Source: an uncultured Caldilineaceae bacterium
GTDB taxonomy: Bacteria > Chloroflexota > Anaerolineae > Caldilineales > Caldilineaceae
Direction of reading: 5' to 3'
NCBI GenBank assembly: GCA_958295915.1
Contig: OY282381.1
Coordinates: 144,722 to 208,721 of the forward strand
Length of the DNA: 64,000 nt
Shown piece by piece: positions 19,759-27,865 of the stretch. Within the stretch, counting starts at the first letter, position 1. Each line of letters begins with the position of its first letter. The notes beneath the pieces are model-generated. The model was not told where the DNA came from. It did not search any database and saw nothing but the letters and a program-made list of their open reading frames with translations. The position numbers were made by a program, and so were the translations under genes.

Positions 19759-20724
19759 CTATACGGTCAGAATGTCCGGCCCCTCGACGGCGGCAGCCTG
19801 TGCCAACGCGCCAGACGTCGCCAACTCGCCCATAGTAGCGAATGCGGCGCCTGGCTGCCGGCCTACATGCTCCGACACGGCATCGATCAGGCGAAAGGTA
19901 TGCTCATAATCGTCGGCAAGGCCATGGGTGTGCATTAACATGACGACAATCGGGCTTTCCTTGCTGATTCGGTCCAGGTCTTTCCGCGCCAATTCGATGA
20001 ATTCGGCGCTGCGCTGCCCGGCGCCGCGCCAGTTGTATTCGTTTATGATCGGCGCCTCGATGATACCCTCATACCAACGATAGGGCTGGCGTGGAATCGC
20101 AATCCTCTGTTCGGTATTCCCGCCAGTCGATTTCTGTTTGATGTGATTTGCATGATTGCGCTCATACCTCTCTACCCAGTCTTGCGTAAGCTTTCCACTG
20201 TTGTGAGGCAGATGCGCATAGCCGCTGCCGCTGATATACATACAGGTGTGATAGCCAATGCCGACTTCACGCAGGGCGGCAAACATGGGCTTGGAGATGG
20301 CCCCGCACGGCGCGCGAAATACGGTCGGGTCTACGCCCAGTTCGCGTGTGAAAATCTCCATTCCTTCTTCAATGCGCGCGCGCAAGTTGGCTAAGGTGTA
20401 GCGCGGCATCAACTCGTCGCGACGCTGGTCGAAGTCGGATTGGAGCGTCGGCAAAATCGCGGTCGCTGGCCAGGCGGGGGGTCCGAACTCGTAGCAGTCC
20501 GCATGGGTCAGGCCGTGCAGTTGCAGGTCGTGCCCAGCATCGCGCGCGGCGATAAGCGCCTCTTTCCATTCAGAAGAAAGAGGTTTGTCGCCGGGTTTGG
20601 GTATGGTGAACCAGGTAGACCCCAGTCCACGCGAACTAAAGAACTGACACGCGCGGCGCAACGATTCCACCATTTTGCTGCCGCCCGAACCGGCATCATC
20701 AATACTCCATACGTAGGTTGTCAT
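19759..20724 (-). CDS. Polysaccharide deacetylase-like / DUF2334-like protein
   Basis: WSIDDAG ... LQLHGLTH pattern resembles a divalent-metal deacetylase fold. Assignment rests on weak motif memory only. Confidence 0.5.
   Translation of the reverse strand: MTTYVWSIDDAGSGGSKMVESLRRACQFFSSRGLGSTWFTIPKPGDKPLSSEWKEALIAARDAGHDLQLHGLTHADCYEFGPPAWPATAILPTLQSDFDQRRDELMPRYTLANLRARIEEGMEIFTRELGVDPTVFRAPCGAISKPMFAALREVGIGYHTCMYISGSGYAHLPHNSGKLTQDWVERYERNHANHIKQKSTGGNTEQRIAIPRQPYRWYEGIIEAPIINEYNWRGAGQRSAEFIELARKDLDRISKESPIVVMLMHTHGLADDYEHTFRLIDAVSEHVGRQPGAAFATMGELATSGALAQAAAVEGPDILTV
20142..20170. repeat. Repeat family H copy inside a CDS
   Basis: TGTGATTTGCATGATTGCGCTCATACCTC matches 26122-26150 at 25 of 29 positions by eye, and matches 31765-31793. 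Confidence 0.75.
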
Positions 20725-20737
20725 GGCTGCCCCTTTC

Positions 20738-20903
20738 TACTGCGGTTTTTAGTAGTCAGTTGCCAGGGGTCGATGAACTGCAGTTACTCGAAACGAAAAA
20801 CTTTCCACCGACCACACGCCGATAGCTGCGAGCGTTCTCCAGCGCGAGCAAATCTCGAAACGGAAAACTTTCCACTGACCACTGGCAACCGGTTTTTTCT
20901 CTC
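20738..20903. repeat. Repeat family C (reverse complement of 12198-12340)
   Basis: AACTGCAGTTACTCGAAACGAAAAACTTTCCACCGACC ... CTCGAAACGGAAAACTTTCCACTGACCACTGG. Confidence 0.85.
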
Positions 20904-20917
20904 TCCTCGATCTGCGG

Positions 20918-21778
20918 CTACCCTTTCATCGCGCCGACCGTAAGACCCTCCAGGAAATACCGCTGCAAGAATATGAAGACAACTATGAGCGGGATCACGC
21001 TGAGAAACGCGGCGGCTGAGGTGATGCCGTAGTTCACCTGAAATTCGCTACGCAACAGAGCCAGGCCCAAGGGTAGCGTATAGAGATTCTTATTGTTGAG
21101 CACCACCAAGGGCCAGACCAGGTTGTTCCACTGCGCCGTGAAGACGACAATCGACAGGGTCGCCAGCGCCGGCGTCGACAGTGGCATGATTATGCGCCAG
21201 AAGACACCAAAATCGGAGCAGCCGTCGATACGCGCGGCATGTTCAAGCTCTACGGGCAGAGTCTGCATAAATTGACGCAACAGGAAAACGCCAAGCACAT
21301 TGGCCAATGAGGGAATAATGAGTCCGCCATAGGAATTCAGCAGCCCCAACTGGTTGGTAATGAGGAAGGCCGGGATCAGCAGCAGCGCGCCGGGGATCAT
21401 AATGGTAGCCAGCATCAGGCCGAATAGCAGGTCGCGGCCCCAGAATTGTTTCTTGGCAAACGCGTAGGCTGCGAGGGCATCGATCAACACGGTGCCCAGG
21501 GTTACGAGCGCCGCGACCAGGATGGTGTTGATGAACCAGGTGCTGAAGGGCAGTTCCCCCAGGATGTATGTATAGTTGTCCCACACAAACTGCTCTGGAA
21601 TCAGCCGCGGCGGGATCGATATGAGCGTATAGGTCTCCTTAAAGGAGGAGGCAAAAATGTAGAGGTAGGGGCCTAGCATGACGATCGCCAATGCGGTCAA
21701 AAGCGCGTAGATGAGCGCTGCCTGAGGCAGAATGCTGGTTGTTTTCCGCCATCTACGTCTCAGCCTGTCTTGCGTCAT
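20918..21778 (-). CDS. Carbohydrate ABC transporter permease (MalG-like)
   Basis: EAA loop EHAARIDGCSDFGVFWRIIMPLSTPAL. Confidence 0.9.
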   Translation of the reverse strand: MTQDRLRRRWRKTTSILPQAALIYALLTALAIVMLGPYLYIFASSFKETYTLISIPPRLIPEQFVWDNYTYILGELPFSTWFINTILVAALVTLGTVLIDALAAYAFAKKQFWGRDLLFGLMLATIMIPGALLLIPAFLITNQLGLLNSYGGLIIPSLANVLGVFLLRQFMQTLPVELEHAARIDGCSDFGVFWRIIMPLSTPALATLSIVVFTAQWNNLVWPLVVLNNKNLYTLPLGLALLRSEFQVNYGITSAAAFLSVIPLIVVFIFLQRYFLEGLTVGAMKG

Positions 21779-21785
21779 GGTATTA

Positions 21786-21840
21786 TTCCTTGCGCGTCGG
21801 GGAACAGTCCCGGCTGCGTCCTGGCGACATTGCGTTTCTT
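21786..21840. repeat. Repeat family A, partial copy (3' end)
   Basis: TGCGTCCTGGCGACATTGCGTTTCTT is identical to the family A terminus. Confidence 0.7.
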
Positions 21841-21860
21841 TTCAATCGGCGCCCTTCTAC

Positions 21861-21942
21861 ATTTTCGGGCTTCGCACGATGCGCCCAAGTTGAATTGCGG
21901 GGCGCTGTAGGGCGCGACCTGCGGGGCGCTCAACCCGAATCG
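21861..21942. repeat. Repeat family B, long form, overlapping the stop of permease 21930..22859
   Basis: TTCGGGCTTCGCACGATGCGC...CTGTAGGGCGCGACCTGCGGGGCGCTCAACCCGAATCG. The permease ends ..GDSG-stop inside the element terminus. Confidence 0.85.
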
Positions 21943-22859
21943 CCTAATACGCGCATCTGAACAAACGAAATAGGCATGATGATAAGCAACAATACCACAC
22001 CCATGGCCGCGGCCATGCCCACTTGACCGTAGCGGAAAGCGTGATTGTAAATGTACCAGACGATGGTCGCTGTGGAATGCACGGGGCCGCCATTGGTGAG
22101 TACAAACACAGTATCGAAGAGCTGAAAGGCCCAGATAGTCCCCATAACCACTGAGAATAGAATCACGGGGCGCATCAGGGGGATCGTCACGCGGGTGGCG
22201 ACCTGCCAGGCAGAAGCCCCATCGATCCGCGCGGCTTCGTGCAGTTCCTCTGGAACGCCCAACATGGCGGCCAGGAAGAGAATAATATGGAAGCCAATCC
22301 CGCGCCACCACTCCACCAGCAGGATTCCATACAGGGCCACGCTTGGATTTGACAGCCAGTAGATCTCAGGGATGCCAACGAGACCCAGCAAATAGGTCAG
22401 GATGCCGTAGCGGGGCGCCAATATGTAGCTCCAGATCTGAGCTGTGGCCGCCGCCGATGCCAATAAGGGAAAAAAGACCACCGCCCGAAAGAAATCTTTG
22501 AAACGCACCAGTCTGTTTCCGATCAGAAAGGCCAGCGCCAGCGCGGTGATCACCGTGATCGGCACCACCGATACTGTATATTGGAGGGAGTTCCTGAATA
22601 CCTGGAGCGTGATATTATCTGTTGTCAGGCTGGCATAGTTTTGAAAGCCGACAAAGGGTTTCACGGGTGAGACCAGGTCGCCGCGCAGCAGGGAGAGCCA
22701 AAGCGCCCAGAAAAACGGACCGATGTTGAAGATGGCGAACAGCGCCACAAAGGGCAGGATGAAGAGGTAGGCTGTGAGGTTGCGTCTGACGGCTGAACGT
22801 TGCCAGAATCGCACACGCTCTATGTTACTCTGTTTTGAAGGCACGGTGGCTGAAGTCAT
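21930..22859 (-). CDS. Carbohydrate ABC transporter permease (MalF-like)
   Basis: EAA loop HEAARIDGASAWQVATRVTIPLMRPV. Confidence 0.9.
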   Translation of the reverse strand: MTSATVPSKQSNIERVRFWQRSAVRRNLTAYLFILPFVALFAIFNIGPFFWALWLSLLRGDLVSPVKPFVGFQNYASLTTDNITLQVFRNSLQYTVSVVPITVITALALAFLIGNRLVRFKDFFRAVVFFPLLASAAATAQIWSYILAPRYGILTYLLGLVGIPEIYWLSNPSVALYGILLVEWWRGIGFHIILFLAAMLGVPEELHEAARIDGASAWQVATRVTIPLMRPVILFSVVMGTIWAFQLFDTVFVLTNGGPVHSTATIVWYIYNHAFRYGQVGMAAAMGVVLLLIIMPISFVQMRVLGDSG

Positions 22860-22873
22860 GTCAAAGGCGCCCT

Positions 22874-23000
22874 ATCAAATTGCAGTGGCTAGTGACCAGT
22901 GGCCAGAAACTGCAGTTTTTAGTTGCCAGTTTCTACTAATCAGTGAACTGCAGTGACTCGAAACTAAAAACTTTCCACTGATCACTGGGCCACTGCGATC
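22874..23000. repeat. Repeat family C
   Basis: AACTGCAGTGACTCGAAACTAAAAACTTTCCACTGATCACTGGGCCACTGC. Confidence 0.8.
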
Positions 23001-23001
23001 G

Positions 23002-24342
23002 TTACGCTCCTTCTTCTTCTTTGAGCAGGTCGTTGAGCTGAACCACCAGATCTTCCACTGCTTCTTCAACAGAGCGTTGGCCCAGAAGGAAGGATTCGAT
23101 CGACGTGCTCTCGATATCCCAGAACTTGAAAATCCAGCTGCGATAGGGCCAGAAGAAGGTGTACTGCAGCGTGTCCTGCGCGGTGGTCAACACCTCGTCA
23201 TCAGGATAGAAGTTGACGGAGGGCGCCACACTCATAAAGCCCAGGCAGCCGATCCAGGAGGTAAGCAACTCAGGCGTGACCAGGCATTGGATCACAGTCC
23301 AGGCTTCCTGGGGATGCGCGGTCTTGTTGGCGATGGCCAACATGCCCACACCGCCGTAACAGGCGCGGCCACGCGGCCCTTCTGCTGGCCCTGTGGCCAT
23401 ACGCGCCGCTCCCAGTCGGAATTCAGGCTTTTCGCTACGCACGGAGTTGGCAAAGACATTCTGGGCGGTGATCATGCCCACTTTGTCGTCACGGAAATAG
23501 CCTCCCACACCCGGCTCCTGTCCTGAGATCGCGCCCGGCATCGCGATTTCATATTCATGGTAGAGAGCATTCAGGAAATTCCAACCTTCTAAGGCTTCGG
23601 GCGAGTTCACTATACATTCGGTCAAGTCATCATTGAACCAATGTCCGCCAAAGCGACGCGGCCATTGGCTGTTCTCGTGCCAATCTTTGGGCGCGCTGGC
23701 AAAGCCATAAACGTCCTCGCCCAGTGCGGTGATCGCCTGGGCATGGCTCAGGAAATCTTCAACTGTGTCCGGCGGTGTATCGGGGTCGAGGCCGGCCTGT
23801 TCAAAGAGATCCTTGTTCCAGAACAGGTTGGAACCGCCAATGATCCAGGGGAAGGAGTAGGTTGTGCCATCGTAGGTGCCGGGCTCCCAGGCGCGATCAT
23901 AGAAGAAAGAGCGGTCGAAATCGCTGGCATCGATCATGTCGTCCAGCGCCATGATGTGGCCGGCGTTCACAAAGCGTGGGAACGACTCTGTCTGGTAGCT
24001 CACATCTGGCCCGGCATCGGCTGCAAAGGCCGCGGTGAACTTCTCGTTGTACTGTCCCCATGGGATCTCACTGAAGTCCACGCTAATCTCCGGACGCATC
24101 TCTTGGAGCATATCCAGGGTGGGTTGGGCGCACAGTTTTGTCTCGTCCCCGGCTGCCTTGTGGGGACCCTTCCACATGGTAAGTGTGATGACCTCCATTG
24201 CCGGCGCTTCCTCGCCCGCGTCTGTCGCCGCCGGCGCCGCCGGCGCGCAGCCGGCCAGACCAGCGCCAACTGTTGCCACACCGGCTGCAGTGGCTGTGCG
24301 AACCAGAAACTCGCGACGGGAAAAAGTTGTGCTTGTAGCCAT
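23002..24342 (-). CDS. ABC transporter extracellular solute-binding protein (family 1), Tat/lipoprotein signal
   Basis: MATSTTFSRREFLVRTATAAGVATVGAGLAGC. ATG 24342 has GGAGGA about 8 nt upstream. Confidence 0.88.
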   Translation of the reverse strand: MATSTTFSRREFLVRTATAAGVATVGAGLAGCAPAAPAATDAGEEAPAMEVITLTMWKGPHKAAGDETKLCAQPTLDMLQEMRPEISVDFSEIPWGQYNEKFTAAFAADAGPDVSYQTESFPRFVNAGHIMALDDMIDASDFDRSFFYDRAWEPGTYDGTTYSFPWIIGGSNLFWNKDLFEQAGLDPDTPPDTVEDFLSHAQAITALGEDVYGFASAPKDWHENSQWPRRFGGHWFNDDLTECIVNSPEALEGWNFLNALYHEYEIAMPGAISGQEPGVGGYFRDDKVGMITAQNVFANSVRSEKPEFRLGAARMATGPAEGPRGRACYGGVGMLAIANKTAHPQEAWTVIQCLVTPELLTSWIGCLGFMSVAPSVNFYPDDEVLTTAQDTLQYTFFWPYRSWIFKFWDIESTSIESFLLGQRSVEEAVEDLVVQLNDLLKEEEGA

Positions 24343-24399
24343 AAGGGAATCCTCCTCGGCTTTTTGGTTAGGCGACGTCGATTCGCCACCACGGATGAG

Positions 24400-24445
24400 T
24401 GGTTTGGATGATGGACAGGATGAAATCATGGTCAAATCCTGGATA
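24400..24445. repeat. Repeat family G copy
   Basis: GATGATGGACAGGATGAAATCATGGTCAA compared with 11030-11058. Confidence 0.6.
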
Positions 24446-24483
24446 ATCATAGTCGATACTCACATGAAGCATAGTTGGCGTTG

Positions 24484-25800
24484 TTACGCGATTACGTCCA
24501 GCACTCGATTCAACCCTTCGATTGTTTCCTCCACATCTTCATTGGTCAGTAACGGGCTGATATTCAGATGCACGGCGCGCGCCAACAAGTCCAGGCTGCG
24601 CGGGCACATATCTGGCCGGTATTCGATCTCGCGCTTTGCCCAGCGCCAGGGGCCACCGGCAGCCGTCCACGTGCGCTGGTTGATAATCGGTACCCAGTGG
24701 GCATAGACATGATAATCGATCTGGTCTGGTGTATAGAGCACGCCGGCGCCGATATTTTCTGCCTGCAGCGCCTCTGCCACTGCCGCCGCTTTGGCTGGGC
24801 TATCCATGAAGAAGATGGTGGCGATAGCTGTGTCTCCCTCCGGGTCCGCCAGCTCGCGAAAGCCGATACGCCTGCGTTGGGCCACATCCTCTATGCCTGC
24901 TTTGAGCATCCGCTTGCGTTGGCGCATGTCGTCTAACAGCCCATCCAGCCTACGCAACTGCACAAGCGCTACCGCGGCCAGAAGCTCTGGCATCCGGTAA
25001 TTGACGCCGCATAGCAGTTCATCCGCCTCAAACTCCAGCTTGAAGGCGCCGATAACGTCGTGATACATATGCGTGCGTTTCCAGGTCTTTTGATCATCGG
25101 TGAGCACCATGCCGCCTTCGCCAGACGTGATGATCTTGTTGAACTGAAGGCTGAAGCAGCCCACATCGCCAAACGTACCCAGAGAGCGCCCCTTGTAGCT
25201 GGCGCCGTTCGCCTGGGCCACGTCCTCTATCACTTTTAGCCCGCGCTTGTTCGCCACGGCCATCAGTTCATCCATTCGGCAGGGCGCGCCGCGCATGTGC
25301 ACGGGCATTATCGCCTTGGTGTAGGGCGTTATCTTGCGCTCTACATCGATCGGGTCGAGCAGGAGCGTCTCATCGACTTCCGCGATCACGGGAATACCGC
25401 CGACTGCGATGACAGCGGCGGCTGATGCGATCCAGGTGTAGGCTGGCACAATCACTTCATCACCTGGCCCGATGCCAATGCCCTGCAGGCCGCAGGTCAG
25501 CGCCGCTGTGCCGGAAGTTACGGCAATGGCATGGCGCGCGCCTTTCTTCTCGGCAAACGCTTGTTCCAGCTCGCTGACTTTAGACGAAGCCTCATCGGGG
25601 CCGTAATAACGAAAGAGGCGTTTGGCGCGCAATACATCCAGCACCGCCTGCTCCTCTTCTTCGGCAATGGCCATGCCCCCAGGATACATCGGTGGATCGG
25701 GATTCTGTTTGGCGGGTGTGCCGCCATGGATAGCCAATTCGGGTTTCGCACGATGCGCGCTGTGCTCAGCCCTCAATTTGTAATCTGGCGTTTGCGTCAT
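24484..25800 (-). CDS. DegT/DnrJ/EryC1/StrS-family PLP-dependent aminotransferase
   Basis: AIHGGTPAK N-terminal block, GDEVIVPAYTW, and FSLQFNKIITSGEGG (PLP lysine). ATG 25800 has GGAG upstream. Codons 7-21 are repeat B sequence. Confidence 0.85.
   Translation of the reverse strand: MTQTPDYKLRAEHSAHRAKPELAIHGGTPAKQNPDPPMYPGGMAIAEEEEQAVLDVLRAKRLFRYYGPDEASSKVSELEQAFAEKKGARHAIAVTSGTAALTCGLQGIGIGPGDEVIVPAYTWIASAAAVIAVGGIPVIAEVDETLLLDPIDVERKITPYTKAIMPVHMRGAPCRMDELMAVANKRGLKVIEDVAQANGASYKGRSLGTFGDVGCFSLQFNKIITSGEGGMVLTDDQKTWKRTHMYHDVIGAFKLEFEADELLCGVNYRMPELLAAVALVQLRRLDGLLDDMRQRKRMLKAGIEDVAQRRRIGFRELADPEGDTAIATIFFMDSPAKAAAVAEALQAENIGAGVLYTPDQIDYHVYAHWVPIINQRTWTAAGGPWRWAKREIEYRPDMCPRSLDLLARAVHLNISPLLTNEDVEETIEGLNRVLDVIA
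25736..25780. repeat. Repeat family B, short form, inside the annotated 5' end of the aminotransferase gene
   Basis: AATTCGGGTTTCGCACGATGCGCGCTGTGCTCAGCCCTCAATTTG. Confidence 0.8.
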
Positions 25801-25840
25801 CGATCTTCTCCTTGAACTCCTACCTGTACTGCGGTGGTTA

Positions 25841-25890
25841 GCAAGGGCAGGCCTTGCGCCTACCACTGATCACTGGCTGATCTCACTGGG
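25841..25890. repeat. Family F-like hairpin plus family C fragment
   Basis: GCAAGG-gcagg-CCTTGC followed by CTACCACTGATCACTGGCTGATCTCACTGG. Confidence 0.6.
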
Positions 25891-27769
25891 GTTTCGCCGT
25901 CTCCACATATACATAATAGGCGCCCAACTCCTCTCCATCCTCCAACTCAAACCATGTCTGCAGATGCGTCGCGCCTGCGGGTAACCACAGGGTGAAGACG
26001 ATGCCGGCGTCGTTGGGGTTTACCGATGTGGAGGCTACCTGGCCGGCGATGGCAATGCGGGCGGCGGCGACGGGCAGGGCTACGCCTCCGCCCCAATCTA
26101 TTTGATGTTTCAGCTGTTCGGTGTGATTTGTGTAATTGCGCTCATACTTCAGCGCCTCTCTGGGGCCGCCTGTTTCCACACCCAAATCGATACGCAGTTG
26201 GCTGAAAGGCGTCGGCTCAGCGCCCGGCAACCCCGCTGTGATCGGCGCGTCCTCTTCCAGGGGCCAGCGGCGCAGGGTAAATTGGTACGTCCCCGCCTCT
26301 ACAACCTCCACCTCCCAATGGCCGTTACAGATCAGACCCTGGCGGACGAGGCTTTGGTTCCAGGCACATTCGCACTCTTCGTTGCGCCAGTCGTGGGTGT
26401 TCAGCCGCAGGCGGGACGCGGCCGGGCCGCCGATGGAAATGGGGATCTCTTCGTCAAACTGTCGGGAGACTTTCTCCCACCAGTCCTCGTAGGCCGCACG
26501 CAGCTCTGTCACTACGTGCGGATGTCCGGCGGCCAGATCCCGGCGCTGCTGTGGATCTAGTTTGATGTCGTATAACTCCTGACCGTTCACGAGCCGCCAG
26601 CGGTCGGTCATCACCGCGCTTTTGCGCCACTTCACCGGGTTCGCCAAGCGTTGGGAATCGGTGACCAGCGCACGCTCTGGCAGTGTTGGCGATTCTGGGC
26701 AGGCCTTGTGTCCGCTCCGGGCCACCCTTGTGGTTGCCCCTACCTCCCCCCGCATCAGCGCCGCCAGACTGCGTCCATCGAAATCGCAGGCGCGGGGATA
26801 CTCCAGACTGCACAATTCGATGAGCGTCGGCAGAATATCCACATTGGCCGTCACCTGCCCTATGTCCCGGCCTGTGTCGAAGCCCCCGGCGGGCCAGTGC
26901 AAAAAGAACGGTACCCGGTGGCCGCCATCGTATTCAGAGCCTTTCTTTCCTCGCATCCCCGCGTTGAAGCCACTGACAACATACTGGTCCTCGTCCACCT
27001 CCACGCCGCCGGCGGAGCCGTTATCGGTCATAAAGATAAAAATCGTATTCTCCGCCAGGCCCAACTCGGCAAGCCGACGGCGCAGCCCAGCTACGTTCTC
27101 GTCGATGTTCGCCAGCATGCCGTAGAAGTTGGCCCGCTCCTGATGGGGTGTCAACGGCACATACGGATCGCTGTAGCGGGGGGCTACCAGGTGGGGCGAA
27201 TGGGGCGCATTTGTGGAAATGTAGCAAAAGAAGGGCATCTCCTGATTGCGCTCGATGAACTTCAGCGCCTCCTGAAACCAGATATCTGTGCAGTAGCCAA
27301 CGAAGCGTGCATGTCGCTGGCCATCCCAGTAGCTGTCATCAAAATAGTTGTTGCCCCAGTAGTCCGGAGTCTGGCCGACGCCGCCTCCGCCGTGAACCAC
27401 CACCGTCTCAAAACCTCGGTCCTGGGGACGATAGGGCGCGGTGTCGCCCAGATGCCACTTGCCGAAGATGCCGGTGGCGTAGCCTGTGTGGCGGAAGAAA
27501 TCGGCCATGCTGATCTCATTGGCGCGCAACAGGGAACGTCCGCCGATTGTGTGCCACACGCCGGTGCTGTTGGCGTAGTGGCCGGTCAGCAGTCCGGCAC
27601 GCGTCGGCGCGCAGGTCGGCCCCACGTGATAATCGGTCAGGCGTACACTGCATGCGTGCAGCGCGTCGATATGCGGTGTCTTCACCACGGGATTGCCGTG
27701 GCAGGAAAGATCGCCATATCCCTGATCATCCGTGAGGACGAATACCACGTTGGGATGGTCGCGCTTCAC
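25883..27769 (-). CDS. Arylsulfatase-family sulfatase (Cys-type) with a C-terminal extra domain
   Basis: VVFVLTDDQGYGD, canonical formylglycine signature C-A-P-T-R-AGLLTG, and GKWHLG. GTG start, no signal peptide seen. Confidence 0.9.
   Translation of the reverse strand: MKRDHPNVVFVLTDDQGYGDLSCHGNPVVKTPHIDALHACSVRLTDYHVGPTCAPTRAGLLTGHYANSTGVWHTIGGRSLLRANEISMADFFRHTGYATGIFGKWHLGDTAPYRPQDRGFETVVVHGGGGVGQTPDYWGNNYFDDSYWDGQRHARFVGYCTDIWFQEALKFIERNQEMPFFCYISTNAPHSPHLVAPRYSDPYVPLTPHQERANFYGMLANIDENVAGLRRRLAELGLAENTIFIFMTDNGSAGGVEVDEDQYVVSGFNAGMRGKKGSEYDGGHRVPFFLHWPAGGFDTGRDIGQVTANVDILPTLIELCSLEYPRACDFDGRSLAALMRGEVGATTRVARSGHKACPESPTLPERALVTDSQRLANPVKWRKSAVMTDRWRLVNGQELYDIKLDPQQRRDLAAGHPHVVTELRAAYEDWWEKVSRQFDEEIPISIGGPAASRLRLNTHDWRNEECECAWNQSLVRQGLICNGHWEVEVVEAGTYQFTLRRWPLEEDAPITAGLPGAEPTPFSQLRIDLGVETGGPREALKYERNYTNHTEQLKHQIDWGGGVALPVAAARIAIAGQVASTSVNPNDAGIVFTLWLPAGATHLQTWFELEDGEELGAYYVYVETAKPQ
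26122..26150. repeat. Repeat family H copy inside a CDS
   Basis: TGTGATTTGTGTAATTGCGCTCATACTTC, translated YERNYTNHT in the sulfatase. Confidence 0.75.
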
Positions 27770-27779
27770 GTTTCACGCC

Positions 27780-27865
27780 GATTCGGGCTGCGCACGATGC
27801 GCGAAGGTTGTAGGGCGCGCGCCTGTAGGGCGCGCCATCTGCGGGCGTCTTCAGACCTCACATTG
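27780..27865. repeat. Repeat family B, long form
   Basis: GATTCGGGCTGCGCACGATGCGCGAAGGTTGTAGGGCGCGCGCCTGTAGGGCGCGCCATCTGCGGGCG... It fills the spacer between the PhyH and sulfatase genes and contains the PhyH stop codon. Confidence 0.85.
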
